Shown piece by piece: positions 38,601 through 51,000 of a DNA stretch of 64,000 nucleotides (its first letter is position 1; each line of letters starts with the position of its first letter). The notes beneath the pieces are model-generated. The model was given only the letters and a program-made list of their open reading frames with translations, made no database searches and was not told the DNA's origin. The position numbers were made by a program, and so were the translations under genes. Source of the stretch: Antedon mediterranea (taxonomy: Eukaryota; Animalia; Echinodermata); contig NC_092678.1 in the NCBI RefSeq assembly GCF_964355755.1, positions 8,200,422 to 8,264,421 on the forward strand, in the 5' to 3' direction.

Positions 38601-41041
38601 GAATGAACTCTTATGCGACCTGAAGACATAGACAATATGGTTGCATTTAGCTTATCATAGCAAACACATTTTTCGCCAAAAAATTACTAACAAATAATTT
38701 GATTTTTATTTGAAATTCTGCTTTGTAAATTTAAGTATATTGTATATTGAACTTCATCATTATTTTATTTAGATGTCCCTGGAAGTGGATTTTATTTCAT
38801 TACATATGAACTAATGAAACAAGCACTTACACCAGAAGGGGGAAGGTAAGTTATTAAAAAAAAGTTGACTGTATTTAGTATTTTATTCATCATATAATTT
38901 GTTAATTTCAACCCTCCCAATACCGGAATACTCTCCCGATACCGGAATACTCTTCCGATACCGGAATACTCTCCCGATACCGTAATACTCTCACGATACC
39001 GTAATACTCTCCCGATACCGGAATACTCTCCCGATATCGGAATACTCTCCCGATACCGGAATACTCTCCCGATACTGGGCTGATCTAATATGTACAGTTT
39101 TCTATAAATTATGGTATGCGAAATTTTTTTTTAATGGTAAAGAAAGAAGTTGGAACCTTTTGTACCTTAAAAATAGTAATAAATAAATCCACTCTGGTCT
39201 TAAAAACTTAACATATCTATACATTTGTTTGTGTTGAAGTTCCAGTAATTTAGGAGCTGGAATGGTTCTGTTAGCTGGTGGCACAGCTGGAGTTGCCAAC
39301 TGTGTTAGTACATATGCTGCGGACACTCTGAAATCAAGATTGCAAACAGGTATGTTTAGGGAAATTACAATGGGAAAAGTGTGTGTGTGTTTAAATATGA
39401 TGTACACAAAAGGGGATATTCAAGGGTGCGAGTCAAAAACTATGATACAGTCCAAAACCATGCATGACATCCAGTCATCTCAGAGTTAGAATCTAATTTA
39501 TCTGTGATGATGATGAGAACAATTGATGCAAGTTAATTACTCAACAATAAACAATTAATTAGATAATTATATCTACTGTATGTAAACTATCAATCATATT
39601 CTTCTGTATTTGTTATTATTTTATGATATGTATTTTGTGCCAATAAAGCTATTGGTAGTCAATTGTGTATTTTGCTATAGGAAAGGTCAAAATTCATGTA
39701 AATTAGTGTCTTCTATCTATTGTTCTACAAGTTATTTAAAATCGGGCAGGGAGAATAATATGTGGGGCATCATGGAATACCCCAAGTAGTAAAGTCAGAT
39801 ACCAACTTAATTGGAAAACATTTTCTGAAATGCAAACTGTCTTGGCAGACTGTCACTTTAATGTTGCTCTGTCTTTACCTAAGACTTACATATAAAGGTC
39901 CACTTGAATGGAACAATCTTAGTGTTGACATTTACTTACGACCCTAAAATCATTTAAATTTACGTATATGTAAATGGTATTTACATATACGTGATTAAAT
40001 TATTTAAGAATTCAGTTTTTTAAATCTATCTATATAGTTATTTTATCGGTTCAAAATTACGGTATATATATATTCATCTTTGTTTCCACAGCTCCTGAAG
40101 GGCGGTATCGTAATCTACTTCATGTATTCACTTCACTATACAAGCAAGAAGGGTTCATGTCCCTTTTTCAAGGATTTTCTGCTGCTTTACTTAGATCATT
40201 CCCAGCAAATGCTGTAAGCTATATTTATTATTATAGACTCTATTAAGTATAAAAATAATGGTACTGTATTACCATAGATATACTACTGTATAAGATCTAG
40301 AGGACAAACTACGCAGACTAATGCCAACAAGGCCATCTGTTTAAAATTTTCATTTCATTTTATTAGTATTTAAAAATAACAACACCATTCTGATTGGCTG
40401 AGTGCCATATTGGGCAGTTTCTCTCCAAGGTGAATTACTTTTTGAGCGGTGGTTGTGTTGGGAGTTCTTTTTAATAGTATGCCTATAAAAATGCTGACCC
40501 TTATTATTGACCATGCATAAATTATTGCTACAGTATATTAATTGTAAACAGCCAATTCTTATACTAAGGTTGTTATGAATATCTAAAAATAAATCCAAAA
40601 GCAATGATCAATAATGTGTCATCAAAAAGTGGTTACTGTTTGGCCACAAGACTTTCTGTACTGTATCTACTAATATAGTTTTCCAGTATCATGGATATAT
40701 TCTGTAATACAGCGTCACATGTGCCTGTATAATATCATTATGTTTACGGTTAAGGTATATGACGTTGATATAATAAAGAGTCACATACGATATTGTGATG
40801 ATACATATGTGACACTTCCGATCACAGAATTTGTTACGGTACAAAGAATCTAAGTCGTTTGAAACATTTTAAACACAGAAGTAATTTTGCAAATAGCATA
40901 TTATAATATCTTTCATCACAACAATGTTTTGCAAATACAAACAAATATATATTGATATTCAATTTATTATCATTTTAGGCCTGTTTCTTAGGATTTGAAT
41001 TTGCATTGAAGATTCTCAACTGGGCCGCACCAAGTTTATAA
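32668..41041 (+). CDS. SLC25A20: Mitochondrial carnitine/acylcarnitine carrier-like (SLC25 family), 9 coding exons
   Basis: Exons 32668-32772, 33589-33675, 34350-34480, 34825-34915, 38292-38412, 38773-38845, 39240(or 39246)-39349, 40092-40213, 40979-41041; all AG/GT, phases consistent, ending in TAA. Motifs [71 protein letters not shown]. Exon layout parallels the human gene as recalled. Confidence 0.93.
33093..33250. mobile_element. Degenerate short pogo/Tigger-like MITE in intron 1
   Basis: CTCTATTAAGGGGACA near the left end and TGTCTCCTTAATAGAAG..CTGTA at the right form an imperfect inverted pair. Confidence 0.4.
35015..37965 (-). mobile_element. 5'-truncated non-LTR retrotransposon (LINE; RTEX/Daphne-like clade uncertain) in SLC25A20 intron 4
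   Basis: RT ORF 35405-37492; upstream ORF2 linker ([10 protein letters not shown]..) separated by a stop; 3' UTR ends in AATAAA plus (TTA)n at about 35015-35045; endonuclease absent; no TSD resolved. Confidence 0.88.
35405..37492 (-). CDS. LINE ORF2 reverse transcriptase with C-terminal CCHC zinc finger
   Basis: [67 protein letters not shown]. Confidence 0.9.
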   Translation of the reverse strand: MRSDTLGNNNDDENLLCDINIDLDIIIEALAIAKNNKAPGVDGITNELLKNGGDALAASLVCLFNKIIKLETIPSEWNMSIVVPIFKKGDRKDLNNYRGISLTSCVSKIFNRVISMYISCFVEKENVLSEVQGGFRAYHRCEDHIFTLKSILSCRSIEGKTTHLAFLDFRKAFDSVWRDGLLKCAWDTGVRGKIWKIISSLYDNVKAKVKVGESMTNEFNIHKGVKQGCVLSPILFSIFINEFVKLLRESNFGVRMNGVWMGGLFWADDVILIANNEREMTEMLEIANIFAKEWKLGFNHEKSNVMVVGKRINKDKEWKLGEKSIKEVNSYKYLGVYISSNMSEHSHYEHVIQKGNRLIAYIKGIIANLDDFNRVYYGNILWKTIAIPSINYACSIWYNKSKKDNEDLEKVQLQMARFLLKAPRYTPKEALYGDLGWVPLSKLHKLSRVKLFNRFITMDDHRWPNIVLNSMLQLKCDFDRLKYKFLSSCVDIFEKCTDIGFYNNVFDNDSLTLVPFSVSNVERCLSESYKSEWSNTIMQKTSLNLYSKLKPFPNLEKYLLDKTHFYETSLKFKLRSNTLPLDCKTYKWSNDVSGLCTLCGNGEIEDIKHFLLNCKAFDNIRMKELSNLQNNLVLCNDYDTWNRYTTATADDKLQYILGGDSIAICKESETFFDLFCKQYTRAAWEKRSELKSPNI
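38917..39075. repeat. 19-bp minisatellite (ACCGGAATACTCTCCCGAT)n, about 8 units, in intron 6
   Basis: Read directly. Confidence 0.92.
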
Positions 41042-43151
41042 CGGCGTTCTCCCAGCAACATTATATTTTGTAAGCATTTATACATTTAGCTTCTTTCCTT
41101 TATGAATATCTTTATTTTGGTGAAGTTGAAATTCATCAAGTTTGACATTTTCGATTGGCAATTGAGTAATATTACTTTCTGTTTAGTTAGTATTTATTCA
41201 TTATGTAACATACATGGTTATGTCGTACATAACCAGTCAACAAATTGTCTTATTTAATATTTCCAATCAAATATGCCAATTAATATTTTGTTTGATGTCC
41301 TAATCATCTTTATTGTCAAAATGAAAAATCCCGGTATTGTCAATATTAGTCAAATAACTTTTAGAAAACACAGCAAATTCGTCTACAGTATTTCCATCAA
41401 ATAGAACGGAAAAGATTGCATAAATAACTAGAGAGTGAACACAAATGTAGTCACAGCTCAAATAGCAATCCAACATGGCGAGGGATCACGGAATGGCAGC
41501 ATTAGATATGCCCCTATGAAGTCATGTACCACTATGCCTTTTAGCACTGTTTTATTGTTCATTTCACAATATGCACAGCACCAAACGTTATTTTGTTGTC
41601 TATATAGTAATATAGTACATCTTCATGAATATCGCTGTTGTTTAATGTCTAGTCGGAGTTCTAAACAATTGGATCAAGATTTTGTCACATATAGCATGTC
41701 ATACGTAAACGTAATCTAAAATCTATCTTTGGACAAAACCTCTACTTAATGTCATATATGTGATATACACATACTATTATATAGATATTAAGTTATACAT
41801 TATTATTTTTACTTTATGTTTAAAGATACGGGAGGGTTAGCAATGGTTTTCTGCGATACGGTACTGTATCTTTCGCCACAGAGTTATTTTTAACTAATTC
41901 ATCCAGACTTCTAATATTTGCCACAGTACTGACGTTATGGACAGTCTGATCACATACATCACTCTGAAACCTCAGGGAGAGTATCATTTCTAATTGGCAA
42001 TACTGATCTGCAATACAGGCATTTATTTTTCTTTTTCTACATACTATGTATTTTATTATTTATGTAAAGCAATTTTATCTAATAAATTAATGTAAAAATT
42101 ATGTAATAAAAATGAACGTTCATGATGTACTGTGTATATGTAGTATTATTGATATTGTGTAGCTAGAATTACAATGTTTTATACATTGGTAAATTAACGA
42201 CAGAAAGTAGTAATTTACAGCAGTGACAGAAATGTCCATTTTCTTACAGTATCTCATCTCTTCCCTCATCACTTTTCCACACTATAGTTTTCCAAGAAAA
42301 ACCTGTGCCGAAGTTGCTGCTTATTTTTCTGTGTTTTTCAACTCGTAATTATGCAACAACATTATGGTATTATTTTATTGTAATCATTGATGCCGCCAGA
42401 AACAGTTACTATAACTTTTATTTCTAATCAGAAATCTTAACACACTATGATATAACACTATTATAATTGTTCGAAGTAATGCATTGTTTTTATTCCCATT
42501 TCTCATTTACTAGTGTTTAAATTGTATTATTTGCATACCTCCAAATACCTTTAATTCTTTGAACCAGAAGCTGCACGTTTATTTTTTTGGATGGATAACT
42601 TTATTTTTCGTATGATGCTTCTTAATTATTTCCTTTTATTACCTTTCATCCTTTTTTTGAGAGACACCAGACGGTTGAATATTTCCTTCACCTCACCACT
42701 CGTACTCACCCCGACGTAATGGAATGTTCTTTGTGTCACGTGTGTAAAGAATGCATATACCAAATGTATAGCGTGTAACAATATTGCTCATCTTGTTCTA
42801 ACATTAAAAACTGGATTTGTTATAATTGCATTGATACTTTATATCCTTTCAATAACATAATTGATGACGTTATCCAGGAATCATACATCCAAGGATGGCC
42901 CAGTTTCTCCACAAATAGTTGTTGATCCTGGTAGCGCTGTTGATAGGCCTATATCAATAAAAACCAACAAGTTTCTAAATCTGGAAACTGACTTATCCTT
43001 AGGAATTTTCTTCTATTTTTTTGATAATCGTTACAACATTATTTTCATATCCAGGTGGGTTATTTACATAATACATACCTTCCATTCGTCTCACCTTGGT
43101 TATTGAAGTTCCGGTTAAAATTAAAAACTCAAGCTGCACCCGTCAAAGTTA

Positions 43152-44484
43152 TCTATATATAAATTTACGTAAGGGCAAAATTCGGTAAATCGCGCCTTAT
43201 TTCTAGAATTTTTACTCGATGGTATATAAAGTTGGTTCGTACTCTCGGTACTGATTTTAACCACCTGATGTAACCCTGTTTACTAATTAAATTAAGTAAG
43301 ATAATCCGTTATTGACGATTAAAACGAATTTAGGTTCAACGATTTGCCCCAAATAGGGGTGTTTTCCGATCGTGGTATACACTGTCTAATGGATGTCCAT
43401 CTTGAAAAATACCCGCCACAAAAATGCGAGGAGGCTTCGCATTTTCCTATCTCCTCCTACGATAATTGTTTTTAATAGCTGAAAACTGGTTGAACAGCTA
43501 GAGTACAGCATCATAATGTTGAAGACTGGCCGATTTTCTTTAAAAAATACTATTTTGATAGATTTAATATACGATTATACAAATGTATTGATTTGCGATG
43601 AATGGAACATCACAATCTCTCAGTCTGCCAGAGTTTGGTTTAACACAAGTAGGTAAATTTATGAGCCCTTGGTTTGACACATAAGGTAGGTAAATATATG
43701 GGCCCTTTGGGAATAAACTTGCAATACTTTTATTTGACAATACTGTAAATACCTATTAACTATTTTTGGTCCTCATGTGAATCGAACATTTCTTACTGTG
43801 AATGTTCGTACTGTTAGATGTAATATAAAAATATATACAAATAAACTTTATTACGGAGATTGTGGTTAGGCTCTACTGTTAGATATATAAACACATTATT
43901 ATATACAAATAAACTTTATACTGACAGTTCCTTCTCAACGTTTGTATTAATTAATAATTACCAATAATATAAACGTCGTAGTGGTGTATCGTGACATGTA
44001 CTTTAATATTTCAATCGAATATGACAGTGACAGTTTTAACAAAGTATTAAATCGCAAATGTTTTACTGTATTTAGAGGTATATTATTTATAGGCCTATAA
44101 AACATGAACAAAATATTTCGTTACTGAGTGGATAAAGAATATATTTAAAAATTGTTCCTCTTTGTACCTATTCGCGTTCCCATCCCTCAACCCTAATGTT
44201 ACATACAAAACACAATTGGTTTCTTTAAATGAGTCCAAATCAAAAATTTGGACTCATTTTGTGATAAGTTTCTCCTTCGGAAGTAATTCCCAGGGTGCTA
44301 ATTTTAGTTGACTACATAAATCATCGTGTCTATTTATTCGTTTCTGTAAACGACAATGTATTGTAGTCCTGCGGTACGTACATTTGAAATCGCCAGTTTT
44401 GTTACGCTGAAATTACTGTGTATTCGAGAACCATCTGTGGGCACGACCTAGATGGTACGCGAGCGAAGCGAGCGTACCATCTAG
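43152..44484 (+). mobile_element. Non-autonomous Helitron, copy 1
   Basis: Starts A|TCTATATATAAATTTACG; ends with hairpin CTAGATGGTACGC-GAGCGAAGCGA-GCGTACCATCTAG; no TSD. Confidence 0.85.
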
Positions 44485-46539
44485 TCTATATATAAATTTA
44501 CGTAAGGGCAAAATTCGGTAAATCGCGCCTTTTTTCTAGAATTTTTACTCGATGGTATATAAAGTTGGTTCGTACTTTCGGTACTGATTTTAACCACCTG
44601 ATGTAACCCTGTTTACTAATTAAATTAAGTTAGATAATTAGTTATTGACGATTAAAACGAATTTAGGTTCAACGATTTGCCCCAAATGGGGGTGTTTTCC
44701 GATCGTGGTATACACTGTCTAATGGATGTCCATCTTGAAAAAAAACCGCCACAAAAATGCGAGGAGGCTTCGCATTTTCCTATCTCCTCCTACGATAATT
44801 GTTTTTAATAGCTGAAAACCTGTTGAACAGCTCGAGTACAGTATCATAATGTTGAAGACAGGCCGATTTTCTTTTAAAAAAATACTATTTTGATAGATTT
44901 AATATACGTTTATACAAATGTATTGATTTGCGATGAATGGAACATTCCAATCTCTGTGGGCCTGTTTCTATAGAGCAGAGAATACGGTTTTGAATACCGT
45001 TCTTTTCAAGAACCGTTTTTTCTTGCCAGCAGAAATGGGTCCCCACAAAAAACCACAAAAAAGAACCGATCTTAAAAACGGTTTCAAAAACCCCAATTGA
45101 TTGCGGTCTCGATCGCAAAGAACCGTTCTGAAACCGGTTTCCGCGGAGCAATTTTTAGCTGCAACACAATCGCGGTCTCAATTTGACCCCAAAAACTGAA
45201 CTCTGCAGTCTGCTGCACTGGGATGATTGCGGTCATCTCGCAGTCAAACTCGCGCGATAGGACCTAGGCCTAAGTCATTTTTATTTCTCTAGATAGTGAG
45301 TATTTTATTTAACTAAAAAATGTTGACCGATGCCATTACGAGGTTCGTAAAAAATATGTGAAGGAAAGAAGATGAGGGGACTTGTCGGGAGTCGGAAGAT
45401 AAGACTCACGTATAGGCCTACATGTTTTTAAGAATATTGTAAAGCGTGTGAAAAATAGACGAGTTCAACTTGACAATATCAGAGGGTGCGACGTACCTAT
45501 ACTTTAACCAAGGACCACAATAACGTTTCAGGAAATAATTCCCCCTTCTATGATGAAATGGATGCTATTTCTTGGGTATCGCGCTATGCGAAAAAAAGTA
45601 AACATGACCTCGATCAAATCGCGCTTCCGCTTAACGAACTGCATTGTGGTGTATATAATGACGTCATTCACAACGAACGCACATGGACGGAACCGGTTTT
45701 ATTGGAGTAAAAATTGAGCTGCAACGCGATCTTTATTTATAAACAACAGCCGAAACCGGTTTCCAAAAAACCGTTCTTTTTTATTTTTCAATAGAAACAG
45801 GCCCTGTGTCGTTCCACAAGTGTCTATTCCCTCAGGCGTCGTTAAGGAAAGTACTGTATACTCATAACAGAAATTCGATCCATTTTGTTTTCAATCTGTG
45901 CTGCAGAGGTTGGATATAATTTTTTTAAACGGATAATGAGCTAGCGTTTTCACTCGCCGTAATTTAATATTTATTACCGATTAAATCGAATTTATGATTT
46001 GCCCCGAATAGAGGTGGTTTTCACAAATTGTTTAACATTATATATAAACATACGTCGTAGTGTATCGTTACATGTACTGTACTATTTCAATCGACTACGA
46101 CGGTGATAGTTTCAACAAAGTATTACATCGCAATGTTTTACTGTGTTTAGTGGTATATTATTTGTAAAACATGTTAATTAATATTTCGTTACAAAATAAA
46201 GAATATATTTAAAAATTGTTCCTCTTTGCACCCATCCTCATCCCCATTCCTCAACCATAATGTTACATACAAAACACAAATTAAGTTTGTTTAAATTTGA
46301 CTTAAACAATTGGTCTCATTTAGTTTCTCTTTCGGAAGTAATTCCCAGTGTGCTAATTTTAGTTGAGTACATAAATCACAGTGTCTATTTAATCGTTCCT
46401 GTAAACGACATATATTATTGTCCTGCATTATTGTACATTTGAAATCGCCAGTTTTTGAACGCTGACATTACTGTGTATTCGAGAACCATCTGTGGGCACG
46501 ACCTAGATGGTACGCGAGCGAAGCGAGCGTACCATCTAG
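44485..46539 (+). mobile_element. Non-autonomous Helitron, copy 2 (head-to-tail with copy 1; carries a Harbinger MITE)
   Basis: Begins TC immediately after the CTAG of copy 1; same 5' ~470 bp and same 3' hairpin, ending CTAG|T at 46539/46540. Confidence 0.85.
44958..45804 (+). mobile_element. PIF/Harbinger deletion derivative with a Myb/SANT remnant
   Basis: TIRs GGGCCTGTTTCTAT / ATAGAAACAGGCCC, 3-bp TSD TGT, many AACCG/CGGTT subterminal motifs, remnant TKDHNNVSGNNSPFYDEMDAI. Confidence 0.85.
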
Positions 46540-48003
46540 TTAAATAAATTAACACAAAATACAATAGCACCAGAAGTGTCCAATTTTTATGTTTCGTTGT
46601 ATATTATGCCTTGAAAGTGTATACAATACGTATTGTTAAAATATTACTACAGCAGTATTTCTGAATCATTGATTCAGTATATTACCATCTCTCTCTCTCT
46701 CGCTCTTTTATCTATTAGTTATCGGCAAAGTATGCCTATGGAACGCCCACACAATTTCTGGTGGATTTCAAATCATTCCTTTCAATATTCAAGATAATAA
46801 TTATGATTATAACATGATAAATGATAATCATAATAAGATTCAAATGTTGGAAAATTTCTGGTTTCATCTTACCTCAATAACCCTACTAGAAGTCGATTGT
46901 CAGTGCTGTATCACATACCACAATATTTGCCCAGTAGGCCTATAGGAAAATTCCGTAATATAGCATATCATATGTATCACATGTTTTGCCTGTATCATGT
47001 TATGTACCGTAAGGTTTTAAGGTTATGGGTTAGGTTATGGTCTATGAAACTAAGCGATACATGTTGTGATGCGTATCGTATTGCAGAATTTTTCTACACT
47101 GGAGAAATCTAGATGCAGTACCGAGATCAGGTGTCATACACACCCTTAATTGTTTTTGTAAGAATTATTCTTCATTCAATGATCCTGAACTCATTGTATA
47201 ATGCAAAGCATAATAAAGCTATCTCGTTAATTTTAAGAATATTATGTGTAATATTGGACGAGGCCTAACTTATGATTTATTCCTTTAGACTACGTTATTG
47301 GAATATTTTGAAATAATGTGGTCAGAATAAATTCCATGACGTTTTCGTTTAGCATTAAATCTGCGTGATTTGCGTTATTGTGACTTGGATTTGTATAGCA
47401 TGCGCTTCAATGATTTATAATAATTAAATTTAATACAGTGTGTGGGTTGTTATATCATATTTGACTGGTGCTATTTAGTCTGGTATTGTTCAGTCTACAA
47501 CAGAATGTGAAACCTTTTACTAAACACCAAACTATTGAACCAGCCTACAATCGTCAGTAGACAGTACAAGTAGTAGTAAACAGGTAAAGTACAAACTTAT
47601 AGAATAATGCATTTATTTCCTCTAAATTACAATATTTTAACAGCAAACCTATTTTAATTTATAAGTCTTAATTATTTTCAATAGTTAATGCAACGGTATT
47701 TTAAGATTTAATATTTCATCCAGACATGCATGTTAGACTGTAGGTTATATGACAAAAATAACGACAAGTGTAATATTGTAATATTGATTGCTGTTCATTC
47801 CTTCGTTTTTAAAAAGACATTAAACAAATGAGGACATTTTGGTCAGGTTGTGTAGTTGTATTTTGAACTTTATAAAATGTTAATCCAATACCCCGTATTT
47901 CTTCCCTTTATAGTGTTACTACGGTTACCGTTACTACTGGTGTTACTGTCATCTTGGATATTAAAGACCTACTCTCGTAATTAAAGAATAAGAGAAAATA
48001 ATT

Positions 48004-51000
48004 ATGGCAGATTCTACAACTAAAGAAAGGTTTGCTAACTTGATAGCTGATGTCAGTAAGTGCTATGACGTTGAAAGGTACCATTGGTTAAGATTTCTAC
48101 TATTTGATTACTTAGATGTGGTTGACATTACAAATACAGGTTTTGTTGGATATGATTTATTCAATAAACTCGAAAAAAACGGTCACATTGAATCTACTGA
48201 CATTAGCTTACTACTAGAGATTACGGAGCTACTGGGAGTGAAGCATGCGATTAATCTTGTTAAAGGGTACATGGATGACAACGGAGTTCAGAAAACAGAC
48301 GAAACAAAGTTATCATCTTATCGCAAGCGATTGTTTAAGGCCATAAGACAAGTCGATCCAGATGAATTGCAAGTGATCATTGCTTTCTACGGAATAAGCA
48401 TGGACTGCATCAACATTTGGGATGTCGTTCTTCAGTTGGAGATTGAACAATATCTCGCAGATAAACCGGAAAAAATAAAAAAGTTTGCAGATTGTCTCGG
48501 AACAATTGGAAAAGACATGCTAGTTGATAGTGGTATGCATTTTTCTTATTTAAAAAATATAAATATTATTTGTTAATTTTTTTTAGAGATTGAATCATGG
48601 TAATAATTTTAATAGATATCCGTTAATTGCGAATTATTACCAGTATTTTTTCAGGCATTGTGTTCAAATTATTTAAAGAAAAACACGAAAAAAAGAGTCG
48701 ACTATACACTGTAGGCATAATATCAATACTGGCCATAAATAATGATGATAACTTTTCAAATTCGTTAATATAAGTGTCAAATTAAAGTAACCGCAAATCT
48801 AATAATCAATTGCACGTACCGGATATTCCTTAATTTACAGTTGTTCTATTATTGTTTTGAGGCATAAACAACCATTAGATTTTTAACAAAATTAGACAGA
48901 ATGCATTGCGAGAAAGAAGAGAAAATGTGTATTCGAAAGCCTTCTCATGTTTTCTCATCTCATCTCATCTCATAGCCTATTTCACCCACTGCTGTGTGAA
49001 GGCCTTCTCCAGCTGTTTCCATTTAGTTCTGTTCCTTGCCGATCTTTCCCATGTTGCTGTTTCCATGTACGTTGTTATGTCGTCACGCCATCTTCTTTTT
49101 TGCCGTCCTCTTCTTCTTCTCCCTGTCCTCGGCTGCCATTCATTCAATCTCTTCGTCCATCTGTTGTCGTCTCTTCTGGCTATGTGTCCTGCTGTCACGA
49201 ACTCCTCTCACGTATGTTTCCGAGCGGTTGAAAATACTTTAGGAACTCCCTTGTGACATAAAAGTATACACACAAAATCCACAAAGTTGTAAAATAACTC
49301 AAAAACAAAGCTTTAATTTCAATCAACTTCAACTTTCAACAATCCAGTAAGCACTTTAAACAACAGTTTCACAATAACTTTACAATATAATATCCAACCT
49401 CTAATCCAACCTCTAATCCAACAACCTTACAATAGTTTACAACCCTTTATATACAAGATGCTCCTATCCTTCTAGATCATTCTTTATACTTCTCATTATT
49501 ACATGATTACAGTTTCTATTAATAGCACTTCTGGAATGTTCTTGATTGTTCTTATTAATTATACATGGTTTAAATCAAAACATCTTATTCTAGAATGATC
49601 ATGTAAATACTATGTTACTCTATATGTTAGGGAATGGTAATTTATTACACTCCCCCCTCTTTCTGAGCTCAAAACTCTTTCTTGGAGTTTTGAGGGGCAA
49701 GTATACACGGACGTGGCAAAATATAACATTTCCGACCTAGAAACCCTGTTTAATATATGAATATAAATTCAAACTACATTACGTGAAAACTAAATTCTCA
49801 TTAAAACAAAATGTAAGAAACAAGTAACTTATAAACATGAAAACCTATTTTGTCTATTTGTAAAGTAACCCTTGCTTTAAGTTAATGGTTTTCGTGACAA
49901 TCCGTCAGCATTACCATTAGAAATACCCCTTCTATGTACAACAGTAAAGCAATAAGGTTGTAAATCAAGACTCCATCTAGTTAGTCTTTTGTTTGTCTCT
50001 TTCATTTCAACCAACCATTTGAGTGGTTGATGGTCAGTAACTATCTTAAATTTTCTGCCTAGTAGATAATATCGCAGACTTTCGACAGCCCATTTTATAG
50101 CTAAACACTCTTTCTCTATAGTTGCATAATTCTGTTCCCTTGGGAACATCTTACGACTAAGATACAATACTGGATGGTCAGTACCATCAGGACCTAGTTG
50201 ACTAAGTACTGCACCTAACCCTCGATCTGACGCATCTGTTTGCAGTATAAACTCTGCATTAAAATCTGGGTTTCGTAACACAGGGTCTGAACATAACGCC
50301 TGTTTTAACTTTACAAGTGCATCTTCACACTCAGGCGTCCATTTGATTTTATCTGGATGTTTTTTCCCCGTCAGATCAGTTAGAGGTGCTGCAATGTCAG
50401 CATAATTAGGAATAAACTTTCGGTAGTATCCTGTCAGGCCAAGAAAAGATTTAACATCCTTCTTAGTTTTAGGTTTTTCCCATTGTACTACCGCTTCTAC
50501 CTTAGTCTTTTGAGGACGTATCATTCCTTCTCCAACTACATACCCTAAATAATGCACTTTACTATGTGCGAAACTACATTTTGCAGGTTTGACTGTCAGA
50601 TTAGCTTGCTTGAGGGTCCGAAAAATGTCCCTAAGATGATGGATATGACTTTCCCAGTCTGGACTAAATATTACCAGATCATCCATATAAGCTGCTGCAT
50701 AAGATTCTTTCTTGCGCAACAGTTGATCCATCATTCTTTGAAACGTTGCAGGAGCCCCATGCAAGCCAAATGGTAAATACTTAAATTGGTACAAACCCAT
50801 TGGTGTTGAAAAAGCAGTATATGGTTTTGACCGTTCAGTTAACGGAACCTGCCAGTAACCTTTACATAAATCTAACTTTGTTATAAATTTAGCAGGACCA
50901 ACCCTGCCTATTATTTCATCTATTCGAGGCATTGGATATGCATCAAACTTGCTCAAGCTATTCACTTTTTTGTAATTTACGCAAAAGCGAGCTGTACCGT

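Noticed and set aside
42520-43140. Possible Penelope GIY-YIG remnant on minus (HLVYAF..HYVGVST)
   Set aside because: Motif match too weak and disrupted to support without a search
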